Counted from the first letter of the stretch, positions 1 through 8,922 are shown. The stretch is 15,054 nt of DNA from a virus (IMGVR_UViG_2657244961_000003:1-15054); one strand, 5' to 3'. Program-made: numbers and translations. The notes: a model not told the origin generated them from the letters alone.

Positions 1-1420
1 TGTTAGCCGTGCTCAACAGGGGGATCTTTTCACCGCTGGTACCGAGTTCTCTTAAACCAAGGTATTGGATAACGGCCAGTGTGCTTGTTTTAGCCAGAAT
101 ATCGCGACCGACTGACGTTAAATCAGTCTGAGCTACCGTATCCTTACCAGTGAAATAAGGCAGTTTGTTTGCACCAGTCGCAAGGCCAGCGAGCGCGGTT
201 AAAGTTGCATCCAGAGGCTGTTTGCCTGCCAGCGCATTTGTCATTGTTGTCGCAAAGTTCGGGTCATTGCCAAGTGCTGCGGCAAGCTCATTCAGGGTAT
301 CAAGAGCTTCTGGTGATGAACCAACCAATGCGGATATGGCAGCTCTTACATAAGCGGTCGTAGCAATCTGCGTATTATTTGTGCCCTGTGCGGCGGTCGG
401 CGCAGTAGGGACACCCGTTAATGCAGGGCTTGCCAAAGGCGCTTTGAGAGCCAGGGCATTGTTGATAGTTGTGCTGAAATTCGGGTCGTTATTGATCGCA
501 GCCGCTATTTCTTTCAGCGTATCCAGTGTGCCAGGCGCACCGTTGATAAGTGCAGTTATAGCTTCCTTAACAAAGGCTGTATTTGCGATCTGCGTGCTGT
601 TTGTACCTTGCGCTGCCGTCGGCGCGGTTGGCGTTCCTGTCAGACTCGGGCTTTCTATTGGCGCTTTGGTATCAGCAAGATCTTTTACAGACTTAACGGC
701 TTTAGGGGTCGCCGCCATTGTTTCGCTGTCGCTGTTAGTTTCGCTACTGAGCTGAACTAATCCCTTTTGCGTTGTGCTTGCATCCTGCGCCGTATACTTG
801 CTTTTTGCCAGATCGTAGGCTTTTTTAACCGCCAGCGAACTTGCCGCAACATCACTTCTGGTACTGGTTACAGAGTCTGAAATATCAATGCCGATCGTGC
901 GGTTAATACGCTCGGATGTATCAATCATCTCCTGGGTAATGGCAGATACGCCAGCAGGGATATTCACCGTACAAACAAGCAGTTCCCCATCTCCCAACTG
1001 ATATGAATCGGTATAGGTTCTGGTAACAAATTCAGCCGCATGAATATGTGACGCTGTATTAACCTGATAGGTATCCTCTCCAAGGAGATATCTTCCCTTC
1101 AGCACAATTGCATATTTCTTACCTGCGCTAAGTGCAAGAGAAATATCCTTACGATGCTGAATAGTTACCTGGTAGAATTCACCAATATCCACCGACGCCG
1201 CGCCTGCGGTTTTATCACCATCCACTGAGGTGATTAACAGGTTCATCCCACCGCCAGGCTTAGGTAAGAAACCGGCATAAAATCCCGGGTCAACAATCCC
1301 CCTGAATTTTCGGTTTAGCGCGGCTGACAGATATGGTTCGTGGTATTGCACATCAGCCACCAGAGCCAACGACTCGGGTGATGGGTAAGTAACTGATGTA
1401 ACAACTGTAACGTCATTCAT
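1..1420 (-). CDS. Phage side tail fiber protein (Stf-like), N-terminal 473 codons; C-terminus continues past the left window edge
   Basis: Hand translation from ATG at 1420 (MNDVTVVTSVTYPSPESLALVADVQYHEPYLSAALNRKFRGIVDPGFYAGFLP...) stays open to position 1. Contains collar-like motif SLAVKKAYDLAKSKYTAQDASTTQKG (recalled from P2 H / Mu S / lambda Stf type fibers) and C-terminal DTLNELAAALGNDPNFATTMT repeat units. In-window end reads ...GLRELGTSGEKIPLLSTAN. Absent from the ORF track only because no stop codon lies inside the window. Confidence 0.85.
   Translation of the reverse strand, partial: MNDVTVVTSVTYPSPESLALVADVQYHEPYLSAALNRKFRGIVDPGFYAGFLPKPGGGMNLLITSVDGDKTAGAASVDIGEFYQVTIQHRKDISLALSAGKKYAIVLKGRYLLGEDTYQVNTASHIHAAEFVTRTYTDSYQLGDGELLVCTVNIPAGVSAITQEMIDTSERINRTIGIDISDSVTSTRSDVAASSLAVKKAYDLAKSKYTAQDASTTQKGLVQLSSETNSDSETMAATPKAVKSVKDLADTKAPIESPSLTGTPTAPTAAQGTNSTQIANTAFVKEAITALINGAPGTLDTLKEIAAAINNDPNFSTTINNALALKAPLASPALTGVPTAPTAAQGTNNTQIATTAYVRAAISALVGSSPEALDTLNELAAALGNDPNFATTMTNALAGKQPLDATLTALAGLATGANKLPYFTGKDTVAQTDLTSVGRDILAKTSTLAVIQYLGLRELGTSGEKIPLLSTAN
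144..660 (-). repeat. Tandem intragenic repeat units of about 222 bp (74 codons) inside the tail fiber gene, two full units plus a partial one; boundaries approximate
   Basis: Unit starts atctgcgtattatttgtgccctgtgcggcggtcggcgcag at 366 and atctgcgtgctgtttgtaccttgcgctgccgtcggcgcgg at 588. The second halves of the units beginning near 144 and 366 are also clearly alignable (gcatttgtcattgttgtcgcaaagttcgggtcattgcc vs gcattgttgatagttgtgctgaaattcgggtcgttatt). Confidence 0.6.
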
Positions 1421-1431
1421 CAAGCATATCC

Positions 1432-1866
1432 TTATGCTGTTGTCGTGTTTATGGCCATAACTGCGGTATATGTTTTGCCCACATACAGCGAGTCTTCCTG
1501 GACACAAATAATGGCGATTGGCTTGTTCTCGTTATCCAGAACAACCAGAGTGTTGAATGGGTAGTTTTTCCCTTCCTGCAACTGGCTTTGATCAAGGTCC
1601 ATTCGGACAGTAATTATCCCGCCTGAGTAGGTTGGGACGAGGTTGATGGTGCAAAATTGACTGGTCAGTTCTGCCAGATCGAAAGCCTTTGGCAGTTCTC
1701 CAATCTCATAAGTGCCATCTCCTTTCTTAGTAACCAGTGAACTGGTACCGAAAACGGCCTTGCTGATTAAAAATCGAGAGCCTTTGTTAATGGACGATTC
1801 AGCGCGCCGCTGATAGTAATAGTCCAACAACTGACTCTTATAGAGGTTTGTTGAGACGTCAGACAT
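1432..1866 (-). CDS. Hypothetical phage tail-associated protein (144 aa), directly upstream of the tail fiber gene
   Basis: ORF track; AGGGA Shine-Dalgarno-like sequence upstream of the ATG at 1866; 11-nt gap to the tail fiber start; same strand as the rest of the tail operon. No recognisable motif. Confidence 0.55.
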   Translation of the reverse strand: MSDVSTNLYKSQLLDYYYQRRAESSINKGSRFLISKAVFGTSSLVTKKGDGTYEIGELPKAFDLAELTSQFCTINLVPTYSGGIITVRMDLDQSQLQEGKNYPFNTLVVLDNENKPIAIICVQEDSLYVGKTYTAVMAINTTTA

Positions 1867-1916
1867 GATTTTCCCTAATCAATGTTGTGAAGCCTCATTG
1901 TAAGAGAAGTAACTTG

Positions 1917-1941
1917 TCACCCCGCCCTACGGACGGGGTGA
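1917..1941 (-). other. GC-rich intercistronic hairpin (10 of 11 bp stem, 3-nt loop) between the 279-aa and 144-aa tail genes
   Basis: tcaccccgccc tac ggacggggtga; begins 3 nt downstream of the stop of the 279-aa gene on the transcribed strand; no U-run follows on the minus strand. Confidence 0.3.
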
Positions 1942-1944
1942 TTG

Positions 1945-2784
1945 TCAGGCGTCGCTATCCAGCAACAAATCATCTGCGCGTGTGCGATCAAACGTAGGTG
2001 TCGCTTTCACAATAGTGCCACCAGGCGTTGCGGTGATCGGGGCGCTAATCGACGTAACTCCAGTAAGCGAAGTTGTATCCGAAGTTTCAAACCAGCAGAA
2101 TGCTTTTTCGGTATCAGAAATCTCGTTCAAAGTGATCATGTCGGCCTGTTCATTTAAAACAACCGACAAATAGAGCGTAAGCCCATCAAACACTATATGC
2201 AGTGGCAGTAGAGGCTTTACGAACTGATTAAACTTTCTGAGAATTTCTTCTGTAATTGCGGACTGATCTATCGTGCCAGTAATACCCATTGTCCGGGCCA
2301 GGTCGTTTATGGGAATACTGATCATCCCTCTGGAAGTCAGAAACATCTCGCCGAATGTGCCGCCGGTAGTCTCCAGTGTGCTTTCTGGTATTAGAACTGT
2401 GCCATAGGGATGACGCTCAAGGTCCACCGGTGCATATATCGGATCCCATAAAACAGAAATACCGTTAAATTCGCGGTAAATTGTCTGGTTTATAGGACGT
2501 TCAGTTCCCTTAAAGTGGATCTCATCAAGCCGCTGTTGTAACAACATCGGAACGGAAGATGAGTTCGAGGTTCTGATAGTAAAGAACTGGCCAAGTTCAT
2601 TTGTCCTGGTCTCCAGATCCTCCTTGCTCATGGAGAAAATAGACTTCCGGTTGGTAATTCGCTCCAACCATGGGTCAACAAAGGTGTCCATCATTGACTG
2701 AACCAAATCAGCCAATGATTTATAGAGCAATGACTTTTGCTTAGCTGATGTAAGCCGGTTATTAAACCAGGAACGCTGCATCAC
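1945..2784 (-). CDS. Putative phage baseplate / minor tail protein (279 aa)
   Basis: ORF track; ATGA start-stop overlap with the upstream 477-aa gene (2781-2784) indicates translational coupling; position between baseplate-like genes and the tail fiber. Confidence 0.55.
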   Translation of the reverse strand: MMQRSWFNNRLTSAKQKSLLYKSLADLVQSMMDTFVDPWLERITNRKSIFSMSKEDLETRTNELGQFFTIRTSNSSSVPMLLQQRLDEIHFKGTERPINQTIYREFNGISVLWDPIYAPVDLERHPYGTVLIPESTLETTGGTFGEMFLTSRGMISIPINDLARTMGITGTIDQSAITEEILRKFNQFVKPLLPLHIVFDGLTLYLSVVLNEQADMITLNEISDTEKAFCWFETSDTTSLTGVTSISAPITATPGGTIVKATPTFDRTRADDLLLDSDA

Positions 2785-4214
2785 TCCTCCTCATACGAAA
2801 TATTAAAGGTGGAGTTTTCTGTATCCAGATAAACGAAATCGTAAAAGCCGTTGGACTCATTCCACTCGACAAATTCCAGATAAAAGTCGCGGAAATAACC
2901 CAGCGTTTCGATAAACGCCCAAACGTCTTTTTTCTTAATCAGGATGTACTTTCCGACGCGGTTCGGATCAAAGAAAGTTGAATCGCGCCCAAATTTTGTT
3001 TCCAGTGCCGACTTCAGCTCATCGGTCACATTCTCAATGGTCAGGCTTGCCGATATCCGTCCGGTGATGGTTATCTTAAATGGTAGTTTTCTGACCTCTT
3101 TATACGAGAATTTCTTGTTCAACTCATTCGGCACCTTCTTAAAGGCGGTCAGGATCATTTCTTCAAGCTCTGACTGACTTTTATTCGGATGCCATCCTGA
3201 AATAAATATCTTATTGATATTCTGAACATTATAAGCACCATCTAATTTCTCTTGCTGGCCTTCGCCCCATGCCTTTACCCAGGACAGCCCCGGGATGTTA
3301 CGAACCAGAAAATACGTATAGTCCCCGCCCCATACGACCTGATCATCATAGGCAAGGTAATATTGTGCACGGTTACGTGTGATCTCCGTTGTTTCAGCAT
3401 CGGTACCTGCGGTTATAGGTGTCGTTGTCTTAACTGAAATCAAATTAGCTAAATCAGCCGCAGAATCGACAGGCGTCAGGTTTTGGCCAGCAACCAGGGT
3501 TATATCGCCGTTGGTGCACCATACCTTAAGCGTAATTGTCGAACCTTCTGGCGGTATTTGCCCAATTAGCCCATCGCCGAATCGAACCCCCAACTGCTCG
3601 GATGGTTTATAAAACTCAACGTAGACCTGGCTTTTACTACCGGCTAACCGGAACATAGTGCTGGAAGACCACTGCGTGGTCTTCCCATCGGTCGTCACGA
3701 ATACTTCCAGCTTATAGCAGACAGCAGTAAGAGCCTTTGATAACACGACTTCCAGAAATTCTTTGGCTGCCGTAACGGTATATGTCACCTCCTGGATTTC
3801 CAACTGTGCCACTTCTACCGTACCGGTGCCGTCAACCAACCTGCATACATCCATAGTCATGTAAGGGTACTGGTCGTCAGATATTAAAGGCATGTTTTTG
3901 GGGATTACCGCTGGGGCATCTTCACTTGTGGCGGTGATCTCAATCATCCCCGATGACGGTGTTGGCTTGGTACCAACATAACTGTTCGTTTCTGCCGCAG
4001 CCAGGATAGAGGAACGCCGCGTCGCGGTCGATATAAAGCCTTCAGCCAGCGCCGCATCGGCATACTGAAAGCACCTGTAGACAATCTGGGTAATAAACAA
4101 TGTCAGCATCGAGACAAATTGAGAGCCGACAAACTTCGACCAGAATGAATCTTTCTCGACAAGCTCTTCAAACTCTGCACGAATACTGTCTTTAGTCGGT
4201 GTTGTTTTACTCAT
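2781..4214 (-). CDS. Putative baseplate protein, tentatively baseplate-J-like (477 aa)
   Basis: ORF track; ATGA overlaps at both ends (4211-4214 and 2781-2784). N-terminal segment RRSSILAAAETNSYVGTKPTPSSGMIEITAT resembles, from memory, the conserved N-terminal region of baseplate J / gp6-type proteins. Not verified by search. Confidence 0.55.
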   Translation of the reverse strand: MSKTTPTKDSIRAEFEELVEKDSFWSKFVGSQFVSMLTLFITQIVYRCFQYADAALAEGFISTATRRSSILAAAETNSYVGTKPTPSSGMIEITATSEDAPAVIPKNMPLISDDQYPYMTMDVCRLVDGTGTVEVAQLEIQEVTYTVTAAKEFLEVVLSKALTAVCYKLEVFVTTDGKTTQWSSSTMFRLAGSKSQVYVEFYKPSEQLGVRFGDGLIGQIPPEGSTITLKVWCTNGDITLVAGQNLTPVDSAADLANLISVKTTTPITAGTDAETTEITRNRAQYYLAYDDQVVWGGDYTYFLVRNIPGLSWVKAWGEGQQEKLDGAYNVQNINKIFISGWHPNKSQSELEEMILTAFKKVPNELNKKFSYKEVRKLPFKITITGRISASLTIENVTDELKSALETKFGRDSTFFDPNRVGKYILIKKKDVWAFIETLGYFRDFYLEFVEWNESNGFYDFVYLDTENSTFNISYEEE

Positions 4215-4570
4215 AGCACCACGTCCTGTGTGATAGTTATATCCCTGATACGAATGGATATTTTCAACTTATCAAAAGCATCTCCCTCGGCTACTGACAA
4301 GCCAGAAATCGGTATGTCAGGTAAATCTACCGTCAGTTTTTGCAACAGCATTGCCTCAACCGCAATTTGAACATGCGACAAGTTGGTCGGTTCGTGTTTA
4401 AACTGCGGTAAAACATTGCCCCATGACGGATCCCCGTATACCTCACCCTGATAAGTGTTTAGCCACTCATATAAACGAGCGCCCCAGGCCTCCTCCTGGG
4501 ACTCATACGTTTTTACGCCGGATAACTCCAGCGTCAGTAAAGGATCAATTTCGTTATTGTTGGCCATCAA
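4211..4570 (-). CDS. Putative small baseplate protein, tentatively GpW/gp25-like (119 aa)
   Basis: ORF track; ATGA overlap with the tape measure stop (4567-4570); size and residue pattern (GEVYGDPSWGNVLPQF...EP...IAVEAMLLQKL) loosely resemble GpW/gp25-family proteins. Tentative. Confidence 0.45.
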   Translation of the reverse strand: MMANNNEIDPLLTLELSGVKTYESQEEAWGARLYEWLNTYQGEVYGDPSWGNVLPQFKHEPTNLSHVQIAVEAMLLQKLTVDLPDIPISGLSVAEGDAFDKLKISIRIRDITITQDVVL

Positions 4571-7500
4571 TCAACTCTCGCGTAGTCATTCATCAACGGA
4601 TCATCAATTGACAGTGGCACCGTGCGCATAACGCCCGGTTGAGGCGTGCTGACCTTTACGACAGTTCCCTGGCCTTTCGCCGAGTCTTTAGTGTGCTCTT
4701 CAATCCTGGCAAGCAATGAGGTCATCTGCGCAAACAGCCGCTTCGTTTCACCATCAAGTGAAACGGTATTATCAGCCAACTGCATTGTCGGCTTGGCACC
4801 GGAGCCGCCAAGGTCACTAATAACCTGTCCGTCTATCTGCATACGACCGGTTGGTTGCTGCAAATCGTTGGCGACAGTCGTCACCTGGGGCGTGGAGGCT
4901 GGTTGAGGAGAATTATTTGAGCGCATTCCCCGGGCATTAATGAGTTTGTCATACAGTCCATCAATCCCCATTTGTGCACCGAGTTGGTCAAAGTAACTTG
5001 AGTTGTTTGCTACCGGACGTGCCTCTTCAGCTGGCATAGGTGTATCAACATACACATTGCCAGCTGCCGTTACTGTCCCCTTTCCTCGTGCGCGTTCTTC
5101 GAGGGTTCCCTGGACGACTTCTCGACGCATCCCCCGGCCATTCATGAATTTGTTGACCAGATCGTTAACACCAACAGCATTACCGATTTTGTCTACCAGA
5201 CCGCCCTTCTCAAACGGACTATCACCAGGGGTAAACGCCAGACCAGTAGACTGATCGATAACGGCGTTATCAGGCAGTGCCCCCCTTATTCCATATTGCG
5301 CTCCACCCTGTGCTCCTGCTCCAGGTGTATAGATTTCACCACCTAAATAGCGAGCACGATGAGTATTGACCTTGATCGCATACTCACGGTTTTCCTTCGA
5401 TAAGTCACCTGTGCCTTTTTTCCAGTTGTTAATAGTCCTAAAACCAGCGTTATATGCGGTGATGGCCTCGTTCCAATCTCCCTTTGCTTGTTTCAAATAC
5501 TTGCTCATGAGAAGAGCAGCAGCTTCTGCCGATTTTTCCGGATTAAACGAATCTTCCCGGGATAATCCAGTTTCCTTACGAGCAATGTCCGTAAACTGAA
5601 ACATTCCTAGCGCACCAGTTTGAGATTTTGCATACGGATTGCCATTAGATTCAGTAGCTGCAATAGAATGAAGAGTGCCTTCTGGAAGACCATATTTATT
5701 CTCTAGTTCAGCAAAATACGGAGCCAACTTATCGAGATTTGCCTTACCTTCAGCGCCAAGACTTCCGACTTTCACATCCAAGTTGCCATTGTTGTAGGTA
5801 TCCGCAGCTTTCTGAATGTCATTCCTAGTGCCAGTGGTATTAAGCGATGATGATGACGAGCTATTTTGACCAATAGCATTATCAATTTTCTGCAACGCGC
5901 TATTGCCCGTTTCTACGGCATTTGCATTGATAATCTGATTGGCAGTTTCTTTAGCTGTTTTATTGCTATCTTTCGCCGTGTCCAGTGCCGCATTTATCAC
6001 GCGGGTAGCAATATTAGTCTGTTTAGCATCGGATTCAGTTTTAGAATTAGATGTCTCCTGGTGGCTATTAACCGGAGCTTTTAACTCTGGAGTGATTTCT
6101 TTTGCATTAGCCTCGCCGATCGGATTGGGTATTTTTGATACAATCATTGCCGCAGGGGTATTTTTAACGGCATCAACCGCTGCATCTAATGCTTTACCGG
6201 GTAAATTTTTAACCCCATCCAAAATATTACCAGCCGCCTCTTTAATGTGTTTCCCTGGGTTCTTAATGAAATCAATTGCACTATCAATTGCATCACTGAA
6301 AACCTGTTTCAGGTTATCGACAGTAAAGAAGTCTTTGATGGCATCCAGCTTTTCAAGCAGCTTATTAGATGTATCGCTAAACCATGCTGAAACAGCATCA
6401 CCAATCTTTGCTGTGTAATCATCGAACTTGGTAGAAATGGTGTCGCCAAGGTTAGAAATATATATTTCTAAGTTGGTAATCCCATTATCAATGGCCTGGG
6501 CAATACTTTCCGTCGAAAATGATTGCAACATATTGCCGATATCCTCAAATCCAAGTGATTTGAGAACCTCACCAATGGCGCTGCTAATACCAGATACCAG
6601 TCCCCCCATATCAAGAACATTAGCTAACGTATAAGCGGCTTTTTGCTGGAATGATGGATCTTGTCCTGATTTAAGCCCAAACGCTCGACGTTGCGCTTCT
6701 GTATCATTCCAACCGGTTACCGCATCATAAATACCTCCAGCCACTGTGCCGACTAGGGGAATTGCGCGTAACGCCCCTTTACCAACTGCCTTTAATCCAA
6801 GTTTACTTGCTGCCCGGGCAGCCAAATCTCCGCCTTCATGGGCGAGAGTCTTCTTGCCACCACCGCGTAGCATTCCTACAAGTTTCTTTGCCCCTAGAGC
6901 GCCAAAAGCGAGTGCTCCAGCTTTTTTCAGCATGCCACGCCCCATTAACAACGACGCGACGCCACCGGCCCCCTTCCCTAACAGGCTAAATAGTTTGGAC
7001 AGCAAGCCGCCCTTCTTTTTCCCGGTGTTTTTGGCTATCTGATCAAGGGCGCTGAGAATCTTGTCATTGCCCTCTTTAATTTCGCTGGTCTGCTCCTGAA
7101 GTTCCTGAACCGTCTGTTTTTGGGTGTTAACCTGAACGACATCGGCACTATTTTGCGATTTACGCCTAAAAAAACCTTTTCTACGGCTGTTATCGTCATT
7201 GCCACGAATCACATCGGCAATAGACTTTCTGGCACCATTAAGCGATCCACCAACTTCTTTTGATATCCCGCCAAGCTCCTTCCCTGCAGCCCACAATGGG
7301 CCAGCCACGGCATAACCTAACGCATCGACGGCACGAGTCTCTGAAGGGTTTCCTATGCCTTCAGCTACTTTTGACAGTTTTTTTAATAAACCTGATTCAG
7401 CATTTAGACGCTCATCATCCTCTTTGCGCCTGGCCTTTTCAGCACGTTCAGCACGGACATCTTCCGCTGCGGCCTTACTCCCTGACTTTCCAATAAAACG

Positions 7501-7959
7501 ACCACGCGCATCGCGTTGGTTTTGGCTTTTTTGTGCACCGCCTTTTTGACCGAACATTTCGCGAGCGTGTTCGGCAGCTTCGGTCCGTTGCGCCTTTACA
7601 TCTTCTGTTATAGCCTTCTTGCGTCGTTTTTTACCCTTTCGCGTAGTTGATTTGGCCTGCTGTTCCTGTTGAGCAACATCCTCCTGAACTACACGAGAAA
7701 CGTCCCCTAAATTAAGCCGTTTCATTGCGTCAACAATAGGGGCTACTGATGGCGCTTTAGCCACAAAGTCAGGCCGGGAATTTTCGATTGTGCGATTTAA
7801 TGCCGACACACTGCGAGAGACAGGACCAACAGTTGCAACGCGTCCCCCTTTCAAATCTTCAACAGCTTCCCGGATACCTGCAAGCTCTTCCAGCTCTTTT
7901 GCGCTGGCGGTTTCAACTGTCCTTATAACATCGTCAATGTTGGCGTTTTTTCTTTCCAT
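4567..7959 (-). CDS. Phage tail tape measure protein (1130 aa) with embedded soluble lytic transglycosylase (SLT) domain
   Basis: Largest ORF in the operon. Charged, coiled-coil-like N-terminal third; Gly/Ala-rich hydrophobic segments (GGLLSKLFSLLGKGAGGVASLLMGRGMLKKAGALAFGALGAKK...). Canonical SLT family motifs ...IAATESNGNPYAKSQTGALGMFQF...AITAYNAG... at about residues 760-880 (roughly nt 5320-5720). Confidence 0.85.
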   Translation of the reverse strand: MERKNANIDDVIRTVETASAKELEELAGIREAVEDLKGGRVATVGPVSRSVSALNRTIENSRPDFVAKAPSVAPIVDAMKRLNLGDVSRVVQEDVAQQEQQAKSTTRKGKKRRKKAITEDVKAQRTEAAEHAREMFGQKGGAQKSQNQRDARGRFIGKSGSKAAAEDVRAERAEKARRKEDDERLNAESGLLKKLSKVAEGIGNPSETRAVDALGYAVAGPLWAAGKELGGISKEVGGSLNGARKSIADVIRGNDDNSRRKGFFRRKSQNSADVVQVNTQKQTVQELQEQTSEIKEGNDKILSALDQIAKNTGKKKGGLLSKLFSLLGKGAGGVASLLMGRGMLKKAGALAFGALGAKKLVGMLRGGGKKTLAHEGGDLAARAASKLGLKAVGKGALRAIPLVGTVAGGIYDAVTGWNDTEAQRRAFGLKSGQDPSFQQKAAYTLANVLDMGGLVSGISSAIGEVLKSLGFEDIGNMLQSFSTESIAQAIDNGITNLEIYISNLGDTISTKFDDYTAKIGDAVSAWFSDTSNKLLEKLDAIKDFFTVDNLKQVFSDAIDSAIDFIKNPGKHIKEAAGNILDGVKNLPGKALDAAVDAVKNTPAAMIVSKIPNPIGEANAKEITPELKAPVNSHQETSNSKTESDAKQTNIATRVINAALDTAKDSNKTAKETANQIINANAVETGNSALQKIDNAIGQNSSSSSSLNTTGTRNDIQKAADTYNNGNLDVKVGSLGAEGKANLDKLAPYFAELENKYGLPEGTLHSIAATESNGNPYAKSQTGALGMFQFTDIARKETGLSREDSFNPEKSAEAAALLMSKYLKQAKGDWNEAITAYNAGFRTINNWKKGTGDLSKENREYAIKVNTHRARYLGGEIYTPGAGAQGGAQYGIRGALPDNAVIDQSTGLAFTPGDSPFEKGGLVDKIGNAVGVNDLVNKFMNGRGMRREVVQGTLEERARGKGTVTAAGNVYVDTPMPAEEARPVANNSSYFDQLGAQMGIDGLYDKLINARGMRSNNSPQPASTPQVTTVANDLQQPTGRMQIDGQVISDLGGSGAKPTMQLADNTVSLDGETKRLFAQMTSLLARIEEHTKDSAKGQGTVVKVSTPQPGVMRTVPLSIDDPLMNDYARVD

Positions 7960-8040
7960 GATCTTATCGCCTACCGTTTCGGTTTAAGTTTTTCTTCCAG
8001 CTTCTCCAACAGGAAAAACGCATAGGATTCAGTGAGCCTT

Positions 8041-8922
8041 TCAGCGTCCTGAATCGGTATACCCCCATACAAAACCAGGTTGGACACTAAGGTCTGATAG
8101 CTTTTCAATCCCCACCTGTGGAATGAAGTCGGTAGCCCGAAAGGGCACCCACAGACGGGTATACGCACCCTCTGTGGACTCCTTTTTATCCTGGTTTGGG
8201 CATTTATGCGGCGGGAGACGAAGACGCATTTCACCTTTATCGATGTAGCACGGTAAACCATGTTCGAGCTTTTCATGAGCCAGTCGGATGTGTGCCGCCA
8301 GCTTCATAAATTCAGTATCAATGGCCATCCGTTTAATCGTTTCATAACGACGCTCAGCCTGATCTTCACGAGTACCGCTAACATCGTTATAAAGCTCACA
8401 CTGATAAGCGAATTCCCAAAAACGCAAATCAACGATCGCTTCTTTGAATTCCGCGTCGTCTTCAGGTGGCAATGCTGCACGGCGCATCTCCAGCATTTCC
8501 ATTGCCCAACCATCAAGCGGCACGATACGCCATTGATAGGGTACGCCCTCTACAGACACCTCAATATCGTCAATGAACGGTTCCGCTTCCAAGACCTGGA
8601 TATCTTCAGCCAGAGCATTCATATCGCAATCGTAATAATGCTCTTTACCGCAATGTTTACAGGTGTAGGTGAATGTCTCGACCGGTGTTTCACGGGAGCC
8701 GGTAAATATCCACCATAACGAGGTAATTCGGTCCTGCGCCGTCCATGTCAGGGGATCATGTTTCGCGGGTTCAGCCAGCAAGGCTTTTAAATACGCCGTT
8801 GTCTGTTGTTCTTGTTCCTCCGGTGTTATCGAGTTGAAACGCATCGCATCAGCAATATTTGGCTGACGGAACTGGATCAATTCAGTTGGCCGCGATGGTA
8901 GCGGGAAAAGAGGTAAAAGCAT
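8041..8922 (-). CDS. Putative tail assembly chaperone (293 aa), assigned by position between a major-tail-sized gene and the tape measure gene; contains a Cys cluster (CKHCGKEHYYDCD)
   Basis: ORF track; synteny. A +1-frame ORF (7971-8276) overlaps its 3' end and stops 12 nt before the tape measure start, consistent with a G/GT-like frameshift product. Product call is positional only. Confidence 0.5.
   Translation of the reverse strand: MLLPLFPLPSRPTELIQFRQPNIADAMRFNSITPEEQEQQTTAYLKALLAEPAKHDPLTWTAQDRITSLWWIFTGSRETPVETFTYTCKHCGKEHYYDCDMNALAEDIQVLEAEPFIDDIEVSVEGVPYQWRIVPLDGWAMEMLEMRRAALPPEDDAEFKEAIVDLRFWEFAYQCELYNDVSGTREDQAERRYETIKRMAIDTEFMKLAAHIRLAHEKLEHGLPCYIDKGEMRLRLPPHKCPNQDKKESTEGAYTRLWVPFRATDFIPQVGIEKLSDLSVQPGFVWGYTDSGR

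Noticed and set aside
165-755. Plus-strand ORFs 165-353, 169-363 and 381-755 (62-124 aa)
   Set aside because: They lie antisense to the well-supported tail fiber gene and their Ala/Val/Gly-rich products simply mirror its repeat structure; no independent start signals.
1942-4611. Plus-strand ORFs 1942-2157, 1982-2173, 2944-3177, 3252-3437, 3379-3612 and 4423-4611
   Set aside because: All are antisense to the tightly coupled baseplate genes and are short, with Cys/Arg-rich or low-complexity products typical of shadow ORFs.
4646-7987. Ten plus-strand ORFs (64-159 aa) inside the tape measure gene
   Set aside because: Antisense to a 3.4-kb gene with a clear SLT domain; products are Ser/Ala/Leu/Pro-rich low-complexity strings.
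8047-8070. prfB-like GGGGGUAU element upstream of the stop of the 293-aa gene as a +1 frameshift stimulator
   Set aside because: The Shine-Dalgarno-like run is about 18 nt from the stop codon, far from the 3-nt spacing used in prfB; probably coincidental.
7971-8276. The 101-aa minus-strand ORF as an independent gene
   Set aside because: It overlaps the 3' end of the 293-aa gene in the +1 frame and has no obvious Shine-Dalgarno; better explained as a possible frameshift extension (see finding) than as a separate protein.
8260-8866. Plus-strand ORFs 8260-8718 and 8669-8866, and minus-strand ORF 8304-8516
   Set aside because: Antisense or overlapping within the 293-aa gene; no start signals.
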